From NCBI GenBank assembly GCA_965261545.1, contig CBDHDF010000011.1, positions 864,001-928,000 of the forward strand: a stretch of 64,000 nt of DNA, given 5' to 3'. The notes under the pieces are model-generated. The model was given only the letters and a program-made list of their open reading frames with translations, searched no databases and was not told where the DNA came from. Shown piece by piece: positions 30,701 through 40,981 of the stretch (its first letter is position 1; every line of letters begins with the position of its first letter). This DNA is from Bdellovibrionales bacterium (GTDB taxonomy: Bacteria > Bdellovibrionota > Bdellovibrionia > Bdellovibrionales > UBA1609). Position numbers and translations under genes: made by a program.

Positions 30701-31034
30701 ACCCACGTCCATAAGTCTTTCACATTAAGGCAAAGCTACATGCTTAGTCTATGTTTTATAGGTGACCTATAGACCTCCACAGACAAAGTGCTATAAGTCC
30801 CTCCTCCAGTGATTTAAGTTGCAATTCCTGGAGAAACCAACTTGCGACCGAGGTAGTTTGAGTGACATCTCTCCACACCCACTACCTTAGTGCGAAGAGA
30901 CGTAGCTGAACCGATTAGGCAGCTAGTGCATAGTTGCTATTATCAACTATAGTTTTACCCGTTTTGAAGAGGACCTCGGGTGCCTCTGCATGCTCCTTAA
31001 GCTTCAATACCCATGTCGAATCCATGTCACCCCC
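30679..31034 (-). ncRNA. ssrA: tmRNA; predicted tag (A)DNSNYALAA
   Basis: 5' GGGGGTGAC..GGATTCGAC, 3' GGTTCAATTCCCACCACCTCCACCA, tag frame ending GCACTAGCTGCCTAA. Confidence 0.95.
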
Positions 31035-31284
31035 ATAAAACAAGTCAAAAAAATAATGTCATGTTTTATGTACAACGATATTGATTCCACCCTAAAGATA
31101 ACATAAGCACTTTTATCGTACAACTATAAATACCTGAAATTCCCCAAAGTTATCGAATTGGGTCAAAAATAACGACACCAAGACGCATCACATTAAAATG
31201 CATTGACTCACAATAAAGGTAACTTTGCTCGGTGCGATATTTTTAGGAAATCACCGAATGACTCATAAATATCTTACCCTAGAC

Positions 31285-32349
31285 TCAATGCCGTTTCCTT
31301 AAGCCACCACACCCCTCTGCCTCTGCGTTAAGTAAGCTATTTCTTTTAAAAGAACTCCCAGCCCTTTTGATAGACCTTTCATAGCTTCTTTTGAAGTGCC
31401 TCCTCTTCTCCATTGAAATCTTCATCAGCAACTTTATCTGCTTCCTAAATTTCTGATAGAGCCCCGCAACAAAAAGGGGGATGCTATCCATTATGAAATC
31501 AAGAATCAGTTTAAAGTTAGGTTTTTTGTAGTCATTTTTTACCAACTGATTCACACTGTCTTCATCCTCATTTATGCTCATTTGAATCTTTGTATAATTG
31601 AAGAGCCAAAAATAAGAATACAGCTCTTGCAATATTCCATTAAGGCTTGTTGAGTGCCACTGCTCCATTTTCATTGTCGATGTAAAATCACGAAATGTCG
31701 TTTCTATTTCCCAACGACGAGAGTAAAGAGCAACCATATCCTTCTTGTCCAAGGAGCCATGCGGAAGATTAGTGGCCAAAACAGAGAACTCCCCAGTCTT
31801 TGGGTTTTTATACTTATAGAGATGAATGACCACCCCCTCAATAACCATTTGTGAATACCAACCTGGGCCATTAAATAAATTTACGATGGGGATAAAAGTA
31901 GAGCCTCGCTTACAACGCGCAATAAAGAAGTTACTGGCTTGAGCATGGGCCTTAATAATCTCTGTAGATAAATAAAGCCTATCGTAGAGAGTTATGCTAT
32001 TACTCTCAAAACTACCTATCATTTGAATAGCATTGGCGATTTCGTTGAGAGCGGGAGAATAGCAAAGATTCTTTGTCACACCCGATAAAACGTCATAAGC
32101 ATGAGATAGATACATACGTAAGAAATGAGTTTCCATCTCATTTGGGCAAGGGTACCCACAATAACCCTCCTTTAAAAGATCTTTAGAGCGAGGAAGTGCT
32201 AATTGGTCGCCATCTATGGCATAGATATAAAAACCATGAAACGTTTTTCTCAATGGTTCGTAGTCTGTAATCAGAGATTCAAAGATATCTTTGAAAAATA
32301 GGTAAGAAATACTTTGACGTATCTTGCTGAGACTGCTTTTGACTGGCAT
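31285..32349 (-). CDS. IS4 transposase; true start probably further upstream
   Basis: AIDGD, YDRLY, YSRRWEIETTFRDF. Confidence 0.9.
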   Translation of the reverse strand: MPVKSSLSKIRQSISYLFFKDIFESLITDYEPLRKTFHGFYIYAIDGDQLALPRSKDLLKEGYCGYPCPNEMETHFLRMYLSHAYDVLSGVTKNLCYSPALNEIANAIQMIGSFESNSITLYDRLYLSTEIIKAHAQASNFFIARCKRGSTFIPIVNLFNGPGWYSQMVIEGVVIHLYKYKNPKTGEFSVLATNLPHGSLDKKDMVALYSRRWEIETTFRDFTSTMKMEQWHSTSLNGILQELYSYFWLFNYTKIQMSINEDEDSVNQLVKNDYKKPNFKLILDFIMDSIPLFVAGLYQKFRKQIKLLMKISMEKRRHFKRSYERSIKRAGSSFKRNSLLNAEAEGCGGLRKRH

Positions 32350-32706
32350 GAGAAGCAGGTCACCAAAATGAGTCCATACCGTCTTAAGAGCGATTTGGTA
32401 GCCTTCGTAATTTGTTCCGGAAATAAGATAGATAATGGTAAAAAAGAAAATTTGAGGATTAAATTTTCGATTCCTTTTTTGTTTTTCTGGATCGACAAGG
32501 TGCTCTGGCTTGAAGGAAGAATCAAGTTTTGGTAGAATAAAATGGTCATCTGTGACGCGAACTCGTCATTTGGGGGCTTTCGAGATCAATATTGGATTGC
32601 ATGTGACTTACTCCTTGGTTGAGGGTTGGGTGTAAAATAAAACAAGTCTTATTCTTGTCGATTTATCTAATGATTTCAAGAGATTTTTCTTAAGGAAACG
32701 GCATTG
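31286..32706 (-). mobile_element. IS4-B copy with a 4-bp duplication near the stop; no matching TSD
   Basis: TIR CAATGCCGTTTCCTTAAG at both ends. Confidence 0.95.
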
Positions 32707-32730
32707 ATTCAGGGGGTGGGCGAATTCGAG

Positions 32731-34620
32731 GGGACTGTAAAAATAATTGTGTAACTGCAATTTTTTTCTTAAATCTTAAAGCCACTTATGTGGCTCCACT
32801 CCTGGTAAAAAGCACAGTCCCATATTATTCGTCAATGTATAATTGACATTTTTTCCTTCAAGCGATTTTGTCAGTCACAATGCATTATTAAGTTAATGGG
32901 GAGGTGGACATCTTCGCTGGTCTATATAATTGGCCTCTTTAGTTACTCTGGACTTTTGATTGTATTATGGAGCCGTAATGGGATCATATCAGAACTGGAA
33001 AGAACTCAAATAAATAATTATCATCTTGGTTGAAAAAAAATCAGCAATGGCTCTCTCAAAAAAATGGAAATTCCAATCTCATCAAAGGGTTCATGTGTTT
33101 AGGTTCCCATACTATATTACCCCCTTTTTTTTATTTTTTTTAACTTAGGATATTCGAGAAATACCAGAATTGGGATGAAATATGAAAAAAAATGGAAACC
33201 CAAATCTGCACCAAGAGGGCATGTATTTAGGTTCCCATACTATATTACCCTAACCATAGTCTCGGTATTCCAGTACTTCTGTCAACGCCTTAGAGGGGCT
33301 TTTAAGCCCCCTTATAAGGCAGGTGGTGGACCTTATTAAAAAACTTAGTTGTCAAAACGGTCACCGTATTCAATGGCAAACCTGTTCATGGCTGGCTTCC
33401 AGTTGTGTAATGGTCGTGTCCATCGCTTAGAGGCCATTTTTATCGCTAAATATACAACTTTTAAAGCCGACCGATCACTGGGAAATATCTTACGATTTCT
33501 GATCGCCTTGCGGATCACGCTATTTAACGACTCTATGGCGTTTGTGGTATAAAAAATCTTTCTGATTTCATCCGGATAATCGAAAATAGTGATGAGATTG
33601 TCCCAATTCCTACGCCAAGACTTTTCAATATTAGGATACTTTGAAGACCACTTGGTACAAAATTCCTCAAGGGCCTTTTCAGCTTCTGTCAGAGTCGTAG
33701 AGCCATAAATGGACTTGAGGTCTTGGGCGACAGCTTTCATATCCTTGGAAGGAACATAGCGAAGGGAATTGCGGACCATATGGACAATGCACAGTTGCAC
33801 TTTAGACTTGGGAAAAGCCGCTGAAATGGCTTGAGGAAAACCTGTAAGACCATCTACAGAAAATATAAATACATCTTTCAACCCTCGATTTTGCAGCTCA
33901 GTCAAAACACTCAACCAAAACTTTGAACCCTCATTTTCAGAAATCCATAGGCCCAACAAGTCTTTCTGACCCTCCTCTGTAATACCAAGAGCTAGGTAAA
34001 TCGCCTTATTAATAACTCTCTTGTCTTGATGGACCTTCACCACGATACAGTCCAAAAATACGATAGGGTAAGTGCTATCCAAGGGGCGGTTCTGCCAAGC
34101 CGTAACTTCATCAATAACAGCATCCGTCACGTTGGCTATCACTGAGTGGGATATCTCTGCACCATGGTAGAGGTCTTTGATAGCTCCTTGAATATCCCTG
34201 GTCGTCATTCCCCTCGCATAGAGGGTCAGGATACTGTCTTCAAAGCCCTCAAGACGAGTCTTACCCTTGGGAATGACTTGAGGTTCAAAGGAGGCACTTC
34301 GGTCACGGGGGACCTGAAGCTCCACCTCGCCTTTCTCTCCCTTTATGGTCTTTCTACTGTAACCATTGCGAGTGTTGGATTTGCGGGTCTCAGACTTCTC
34401 ATGCCTCTCATAACCTAGGTGATCGTCCATTTCCGCATTAAGGGCCGTCTCTAAAACAACCTTCATCAGTTGACCCGTTATGTCGGATAAATCCTTTTGG
34501 GTCTTGACGTTCTTCGCTAGTTCCTTGCCTATTGTCTTGATATCCATTCTGCCTTCTCCTTTCAGGATGATAGTTCATCCTAATATGATTCGGCAGTTAC
34601 ACAAAATAGTTTACAGGCTC
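32731..34620 (-). mobile_element. IS256-family element with a long 3' non-coding region
   Basis: Imperfect TIRs GGGACTGTAAAAATAATTGTGTAACTG / GAGCCTGTAAACTATTTTGTGTAACTG. Confidence 0.85.
33345..34547 (-). CDS. IS256 transposase
   Basis: RNGY, VPRDR, DGLTGF, QLCIVH, YTTNAIESLN. Confidence 0.97.
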   Translation of the reverse strand: MDIKTIGKELAKNVKTQKDLSDITGQLMKVVLETALNAEMDDHLGYERHEKSETRKSNTRNGYSRKTIKGEKGEVELQVPRDRSASFEPQVIPKGKTRLEGFEDSILTLYARGMTTRDIQGAIKDLYHGAEISHSVIANVTDAVIDEVTAWQNRPLDSTYPIVFLDCIVVKVHQDKRVINKAIYLALGITEEGQKDLLGLWISENEGSKFWLSVLTELQNRGLKDVFIFSVDGLTGFPQAISAAFPKSKVQLCIVHMVRNSLRYVPSKDMKAVAQDLKSIYGSTTLTEAEKALEEFCTKWSSKYPNIEKSWRRNWDNLITIFDYPDEIRKIFYTTNAIESLNSVIRKAIRNRKIFPSDRSALKVVYLAIKMASKRWTRPLHNWKPAMNRFAIEYGDRFDN

Positions 34621-35947
34621 AAGGAGTAAGTCACATGCAATCCAATATTGATCTCGAAAGCCCCCAAATGACGAGTTCGCGTCACAGATGACCATTTTAT
34701 TCTACCAAAACTTGATTCTTCCTTCAAGCCAGAGCACCTTGTCGATCCAGAAAAACAAAAAAGGAATCGAAAATTTAATCCTCAAATTTTCTTTTTTACC
34801 ATTATCTATCTTATTTCCGGAACAAATTACGAAGGCTACCAAATCGCTCTTAAGACGGTATGGACTCATTTTGGTGACCTGCTTCTCATGCCAGTCAAAA
34901 GCAGTCTCAGCAAGATACGTCAAAGTATTTCTTACCTATTTTTCAAAGATATCTTTGAATCTCTGATTACAGACTACGAACCATTGAGAAAAACGTTTCA
35001 TGGTTTTTATATCTATGCCATAGATGGCGACCAATTAGCACTTCCTCGCTCTAAAGATCTTTTAAAGGAGGGTTATTGTGGGTACCCTTGCCCAAATGAG
35101 ATGGAAACTCATTTCTTACGTATGTATCTATCTCATGCTTATGACGTTTTATCGGGTGTGACAAAGAATCTTTGCTTTTCTCCCGCTCTCAACGAAATCG
35201 CCAATGCTATTCAAATGATAGGTAGTTTTGAGAGTAATAGCATAACTCTCTACGATAGGCTTTATTTATCTACAGAGATTATTAAGGCCCATGCTCAAGC
35301 CAGTAACTTCTTTATTGCGCGTTGTAAGCGAGGCTCTACTTTTATCCCCATCGTAAATTTATTTAATGGCCCAGGTTGGTATTCACAAATGGTTATTGAG
35401 GGGGTGGTCATTCATCTCTATAAGTATAAAAACCCAAAGACTGGGGAGTTCTCTGTTTTGGCCACTAATCTTCCGCATGGCTCCTTGGACAAGAAGGATA
35501 TGGTTGCTCTTTACTCTCGTCGTTGGGAAATAGAAACGACATTTCGTGATTTTACATCGACAATGAAAATGGAGCAGTGGCACTCAACAAGCCTTAATGG
35601 AATATTGCAAGAGCTGTATTCTTATTTTTGGCTCTTCAATTATACAAAGATTCAAATGAGCATAAATGAGGATGAAGACAGTGTGAATCAGTTGGTAAAA
35701 AATGACTACAAAAAACCTAACTTTAAACTGATTCTTGATTTCATAATGGATAGCATCCCTCTTTTTGTTGCGGGGCTCTATCAGAAATTTAGGAAGCAGA
35801 TAAAGTTGCTGATGAAGATTTCAATGGAGAAGAGGAGGCACTTCAAAAGAAGCTATGAAAGGTCTATCAAAAGCGCTGGGAGTTCTTTTAAAAGAAATAG
35901 CTTAACGCAGAGGCAGAGGGGTGTGGTGGCTTAAGGAAACGGCATTG
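34621..35947 (+). mobile_element. IS4-B copy lacking its left end
   Basis: Abuts the IS256 end; right TIR ends at 35947. Confidence 0.92.
34888..35934 (+). CDS. IS4 transposase
   Basis: Same motifs as the other IS4-B copies. Confidence 0.9.
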   Translation: MPVKSSLSKIRQSISYLFFKDIFESLITDYEPLRKTFHGFYIYAIDGDQLALPRSKDLLKEGYCGYPCPNEMETHFLRMYLSHAYDVLSGVTKNLCFSPALNEIANAIQMIGSFESNSITLYDRLYLSTEIIKAHAQASNFFIARCKRGSTFIPIVNLFNGPGWYSQMVIEGVVIHLYKYKNPKTGEFSVLATNLPHGSLDKKDMVALYSRRWEIETTFRDFTSTMKMEQWHSTSLNGILQELYSYFWLFNYTKIQMSINEDEDSVNQLVKNDYKKPNFKLILDFIMDSIPLFVAGLYQKFRKQIKLLMKISMEKRRHFKRSYERSIKSAGSSFKRNSLTQRQRGVVA

Positions 35948-36020
35948 ACCTAAGGACATGAGCATGCGTTTTTTGGATTTGCCTTTTTCTCTGTAGGACT
36001 CCACAAGGTGGTAGTAGCAC

Positions 36021-37919
36021 CCTGAAATCCCTAAAAGTTGTAACTAGGTTTAATGTATTGCGTTAACTTTCCTCTCTTCCTATGGAATTGGCTGCTGTCA
36101 ACGGTTTGAGAGGTTTAATAGTATTAATATATTTAATATGATTCATAAGAATTTGCTGCGAAAGGTCCTCTTCGTCCCCATTGGATAGATGAGGCATAGT
36201 GGTAGCCACAGCCACCGTCACATTTGAAACAGATAAAAAACATCATTTTGTCTTGGGAAGCCCATCTATTTGGAAGGCTGAAAAAATATCCTTTTGTTTT
36301 TTAGACAGCTCTCCAAGCATCAGATCACCTGTAGCTAATTCATAAAATTTTAATCGGTCCATCATTTTGTAAATTTCTATTTTAGACATTTTTTTATATA
36401 ACTTCTTATCTTTCATAACAGTATCAATATGTGAAATTAAAATTAAAGAGAGAAAATTAATAAAGATGCTTCCCCTCATATTCATGAGAGAATGAACTCG
36501 ACTTCTCCTTCCATTAATATCATGCTTGAATGAGAAAAATACTTTCTCAATGATATCTTTGTTTCGATATAAACTCAATATATTTGTTTTCTTTAAATCA
36601 TGACTATTTGTAATTAATATCATAATACCCAGCGTAGAAGATTCTTCATTAATATTTTCTTCATTTAAAGAAATCTTAAATGGAGTGCAATCAGAGATAT
36701 TGAGAAACCTTTTTTTATTTCCTAAAGTTTCTTTCATATAGGAACTAGCTTGTTCTTCTGATTTCAAATCTTTCTCAAGAAAGAGTTTCATAAAATCAAG
36801 CAACTCTTTCATTAACACAGATTCCTCATAAACCCTTCTTTCTTTGTCTAAGAAAATATGAGCCGTACAATCAAATCCTCCGATTTTTATTGATTCTTTG
36901 CAATGCGAATAAATTTCCTCATTAAAAGTAAAAGAGCATGATGGAGATTTTATTTTCTCATTTAAAGCCACAGCAAGCTCTCTTGAGAGTTTTGTTCTAA
37001 AACTCATGGGTATCAAATACTTCAATTCCTTACGATGCAGTCCCTTAATATTTTCTACACTAGAAAAACCCTTATCCATAACTAAACAATCTAAATCTAA
37101 TTTATAACTTGTTATGATCTCAATAATATTCGATAAAGTTTTGACATCCGGTATACTTCCAGGATAGATTCTGTACGCTATAGGCGTATGAGTTTTATTG
37201 TCTTCAGATTTCCTACTTATCAGACCTAAGTTTATTTGTTCGAGATTCTCTCCATCTCTGTTGTAACCTTTCTCTAAAAATTCATTATTCATAGAGTAGG
37301 AAGAAAAGGATGTGATGTCAAACATTACCGTACCAGAACCCTTCACTTGATTTATCCATTCGCTAAAGAAAGATTCTATCTTTTTTTGATCTCTCCCAAG
37401 ATCACATAAGAGATTGCTTATTTTTTGTGACGACATAAAATTTTTCTTTGAAACATAAGCTTCTTGACACCACATATCGTAAAGATAAAAGGGCTCTCTT
37501 TTGATTATTTTAAAAAAAGCTAAATGCAAATAATGTTCGTAATTATCTGGATAAATTTTAGACAATGTTTTTAGAAGATTTAGTTGTTCGCATATTTTCT
37601 CTAAGAAAAATAAGGCTCCCACATTATAGGAGCCTATGGGAATCTTTTTTCTTTTGGTCTTAATTTGACCTGTAAACTCATCCTTTCTTCCAAGGTAGAT
37701 GCGTTTTTGCCTGGCCTGCTTTTTTTCCTTGTCCCAAAAGCTTTCAACTTTATAGACATAGGTTTTTCCCTTATTTTTTTGCTCAAAAGTGTATGACATC
37801 GTTAATATTGTAACTATGCTTTTGAAGAGATGACAATCTCTTAATCAAAGTGAAGGCCTTCTCAGACAATAATCAGGACTTAAGTCCTACACCTAGTTAC
37901 AACTTTTAGGGATTTCAGG
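36021..37919 (-). mobile_element. IS1634-family element F
   Basis: TIR CCTGAAATCCCTAAAAGTTGTAACTAGG; TSD TAGCAC. Confidence 0.93.
36243..37799 (-). CDS. IS1634-family transposase
   Basis: FDITSFSSY, GYNRD, PGSIPDV, MDKGF, YRNKDIIEKVF. Confidence 0.92.
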   Translation of the reverse strand: MSYTFEQKNKGKTYVYKVESFWDKEKKQARQKRIYLGRKDEFTGQIKTKRKKIPIGSYNVGALFFLEKICEQLNLLKTLSKIYPDNYEHYLHLAFFKIIKREPFYLYDMWCQEAYVSKKNFMSSQKISNLLCDLGRDQKKIESFFSEWINQVKGSGTVMFDITSFSSYSMNNEFLEKGYNRDGENLEQINLGLISRKSEDNKTHTPIAYRIYPGSIPDVKTLSNIIEIITSYKLDLDCLVMDKGFSSVENIKGLHRKELKYLIPMSFRTKLSRELAVALNEKIKSPSCSFTFNEEIYSHCKESIKIGGFDCTAHIFLDKERRVYEESVLMKELLDFMKLFLEKDLKSEEQASSYMKETLGNKKRFLNISDCTPFKISLNEENINEESSTLGIMILITNSHDLKKTNILSLYRNKDIIEKVFFSFKHDINGRRSRVHSLMNMRGSIFINFLSLILISHIDTVMKDKKLYKKMSKIEIYKMMDRLKFYELATGDLMLGELSKKQKDIFSAFQIDGLPKTK

Positions 37920-38184
37920 TAGCACTGACCTTTTGAGTTTTTAGTCGTTTGGATGTACATGAGGATATTTTCTACATATTTCTATGATATATCAATATTT
38001 AAAACGATAAAATCCTATTTTGTTTTCTACACTTTTTTTACGTCAATTTTAATTTTTCCAGCAGCTACCATTATATTTCAGTACAACCCCAATTTCTGGA
38101 AATTTCGCATTTTAACGCAGATGCTGCTGTCAAACTCGGGAGAACTCAAAAAGGTTGCGACCTTAGAGAGGCTGATCTCACAGG

Positions 38185-38278
38185 TGTTAACTGACAATTA
38201 AAATGCCCCACCGTCGCCAATGAAAAGTGGCCACTTTTCAGAGGAGGGTTATCGTGATTCTTGGCATTGTCAACCAAG
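38185..38278 (+). mobile_element. Diverged IS21-A left-end remnant
   Basis: TGTTAACTGACAATTAAAATGCCCCACCG. Confidence 0.8.
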
Positions 38279-38384
38279 TGCAAAATTTCACCTTGTTTGC
38301 CCATAGACACCTCCTCGTTAATGCGTAGCGCAGAAAGAATATCTATGAAGACTCTAAGTGGGTCAAACTAGGTGAAATTTTGCA
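38279..38384. mobile_element. 106-bp MITE-like derivative of IS21-C
   Basis: TGCAAAATTTCACC inverted ends; interior matches the IS21-C left end. Confidence 0.75.
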
Positions 38385-38429
38385 CCTATCAGACACCTCA
38401 GAGTTAATTGCACAAAAAATGGGCAAAGA

Positions 38430-39035
38430 CTAGACTTTAGGCTTCGACCACAAAGCACTCAAATCAATCTCTATGGCTTCAAACGGAGGGGATGAAAACT
38501 TGTCGCTTTCTGCAAAAGCAGTTTTTAGACGATAAGACCCATCGTCAAAAACCAAAATCTCTAAGGTCTTAGCTATTGGGTCTACAATCCAGTAATAAGG
38601 AATCATATTGGCTGCATATATCTGCAACTTTGAAATCTTATCATAACGAGCGGTTGATGGAGACAAAACCTCACAAACCCAATCTGGAGGTAGCTCAAAA
38701 TAGGCTGTTTCTGGAAGCTCTGGCAAGCGACTAACTTTCCATCCTGCTAAATCAGGGACAACAGTATTTTTTTTCTCTCTCTTTTGAACAGGTTTTTTAA
38801 AATGAAGTTCTGGTTCACCAATGATCCACCATCCACCGGGGCCTCCGTTTTTTCCTTTTTGAAAAGGGCCTATAAGTTCTTCTCCTAAGGATGAAGATGT
38901 AACAGCGTGCTTGGGAGCCGGTCGAGGAGAGACCACAAGTTCATCGTTAAAAATTTCACCAACTACATTTTCTGGTAAATCGCATAGTTCTTCCCATAAG
39001 CTTGAATATGTTTTTACATTTTTTGCTTCACTCAT
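38430..39035 (-). CDS. Uma2-family (PD-(D/E)XK) endonuclease-like protein
   Basis: VVPDLAGW, PDWVCEVLSPST, YWIVDP. Confidence 0.93.
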   Translation of the reverse strand: MSEAKNVKTYSSLWEELCDLPENVVGEIFNDELVVSPRPAPKHAVTSSSLGEELIGPFQKGKNGGPGGWWIIGEPELHFKKPVQKREKKNTVVPDLAGWKVSRLPELPETAYFELPPDWVCEVLSPSTARYDKISKLQIYAANMIPYYWIVDPIAKTLEILVFDDGSYRLKTAFAESDKFSSPPFEAIEIDLSALWSKPKV

Positions 39036-39132
39036 GAAATAACTCCTCTGAATATGTTAAACTTCTAAAATAATTCACGTGGTGATAAAATAAAAGCACA
39101 TCGCTTCAAATGGGTACTCCTATCAATTATTT

Positions 39133-39747
39133 TTAATCGGATTCTTCAGGTTCCATTGGATACCACAAAGCACCTAAGTCAAATTCTATGGCCTCAAATG
39201 GAGGAGCTGAAACCCTTTCGTCTTCTGAAAAAGCCACTTCAAATTTATAAGACCCTCCATCAAAAACTAGAATCTCTAATGTTTTAGCTATTGGGTCGAT
39301 AATCCAGTAGTAGGGAATTTTATTTGCAGCATATATTCGCAATTTTGAAACCCTGTCATAACGAGCCGTTGATGGAGACAACACTTCACAAACCCAATCT
39401 GGCGGTAATTCAGAATAAGCGGTCTTTGGCAATCTTGGGAGACGCTCTTTCTTCCACCCAGCAAGATCAGGTACAACAACATTTTCTTTTTCTTTTCTCT
39501 GAGGAGGATCTTTAAAGTGAAGTTCTGGCTCATGGAGAATTATCCAACCTCCCGGCCCACCATTTCCAAAACGGAATGGTCCGGCGATTAAAACACCCAA
39601 ATCAGAAGATGCAGCTACATGTCTTAGAGATGGTCTAGGAGAGACAATAAGTTCATCGTTAAAAATCTCACCAACTACATTATCAGATAAGGAGCAAAGT
39701 TCTTCCCACAAACTCTTTTCTACTCGCAAATTCTCAGCCTTACTCAT
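39133..39747 (-). CDS. Uma2-family protein, tandem paralog
   Basis: Same motifs as 38430-39035. Confidence 0.93.
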   Translation of the reverse strand: MSKAENLRVEKSLWEELCSLSDNVVGEIFNDELIVSPRPSLRHVAASSDLGVLIAGPFRFGNGGPGGWIILHEPELHFKDPPQRKEKENVVVPDLAGWKKERLPRLPKTAYSELPPDWVCEVLSPSTARYDRVSKLRIYAANKIPYYWIIDPIAKTLEILVFDGGSYKFEVAFSEDERVSAPPFEAIEFDLGALWYPMEPEESD

Positions 39748-39835
39748 AATTGCTCCTATGGATTCTTAGAATCTATTTCCTTCTTCCAAATTGTAAGCTT
39801 AGAAATTCTTCGCAGTTGAAGCGCTCATCTGAACA

Positions 39836-39911
39836 TGGTGGAGCCTAGCGGGTTTGAACCGCTGACCTCCACGCTGCCAGCGTGGCGCTCTCCCAGCTGA
39901 GCTAAGGCCCC
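39836..39911 (-). tRNA. tRNA-Ala(GGC)
   Basis: GGGGCCTTAGCTCAGCTGGGAGAGCG, anticodon arm CCACG-CTGGCAG-CGTGG, CCA end. Confidence 0.97.
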
Positions 39912-40089
39912 ATGGGTCGCATTCTATTCTTTGTGAAAAGCTCTGACAAGATAAAACTTTATTTTTATACCTGAATTACCCAGCGTTTTGAATTAGTACT
40001 TTGTAAAAAAAGTCTTGCCCTACATTGAATTAATCAATCTTACTTGCGAGAATACTGGAGTTCCCCAAAAAAACCTCCACCCCAAGGGG

Positions 40090-40502
40090 CAATGCCGTTT
40101 CCTTAAGAATAATTTCTTGAAATCATTAAATAAATCGACAATAATAAGACTTGTTTTACTTTACACCCAACCCTCAACCAAGGAGTAAGTCACATGAAAT
40201 CCAATATTGATCTCGAAAGCCCCCAAATGACGATTTCGCGTCACAGATGACCATTTTATTCTACCAAAACTTGACTCTTCCTTCAAGCCAGATCACCTTG
40301 TCAATCCAGAAAAACAAAAAAGGAATCGAAAATTTAATCCTCAAATTTTCTTTTTTACCATTATCTATCTTATTTCCGGAACAAATTACGAAGGCTACCA
40401 AATCGCTCTTAAGACGGTATGGACTCATTTTGGTGACCTGCTTCTCATGCCAGTCAAAAGCAGTCTCAGCAAGATACGTCAAAGTATTTCTTACCTATTT
40501 TT
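40090..40502 (+). mobile_element. Slightly diverged IS4-B 5' fragment
   Basis: Left TIR at 40090. Confidence 0.9.
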
Positions 40503-40740
40503 ATTGGGTAGAAGGGCCGGTTACCCGACCCAACCCCCGTTCCCACCACATCGTGCCCAATTAAGGCAATAGGCGGACGATAACTCCACTCACTCAACTA
40601 TATCAATATCGATCTATTCCCACAGTCTTCATCCAATCCAACTCATGGAAATACCAAGTGAGTGACCCTTGTTCACCTAGGACATCCGCCCATGTGACAT
40701 CTTGGGATCCTCACCAGATAGATGAACTAGTCGCTGTCGC
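40503..40740 (-). mobile_element. Group II intron 3' fragment (IIC-like)
   Basis: Domain V with CGC triad (CCGCCTATTGCC..GTGGTGGGAACGGGG); domain VI ending CTACCCAAT. Confidence 0.7.
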
Positions 40741-40761
40741 GAAATAGACTTAAGAAATCCA

Positions 40762-40981
40762 TCATTCAGCTTCAAGGTGGTCTTTTTGATAAATATAATT
40801 TTCAATTTGCATAAGATTTTTAAATGGACTCCTCTCCTGAAGATAGCGAGTAGAGAATTCTGGGTCAAAATGGTTCATTTTACACATATCCATGATGATT
40901 TTTGCTTTTGGCCCCACTGTCCTTTTTGATGTGTTGAAGTGCTCAACAATCTCATCCATGGAAACATATGGTGACATCTTG
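40762..40981 (-). pseudogene. DUF6398-like gene, 3' part
   Basis: Continues the 47893-48149 frame: SMDEIVEHFNTSKRTV..FDPEFS. Confidence 0.8.

Larger units (their letters stand above)
35948..38140 (-). mobile_element. IS1634-E left fragment interrupted by IS1634-F
   Basis: Reverse complement of 42423-42710; TIR CCCGAGTTTGACAG. Confidence 0.9.

Noticed and set aside
34688..34966. 92-aa and antisense 73-aa ORFs in IS4-B
   Set aside because: Alternative frames over the transposase N-terminal coding region
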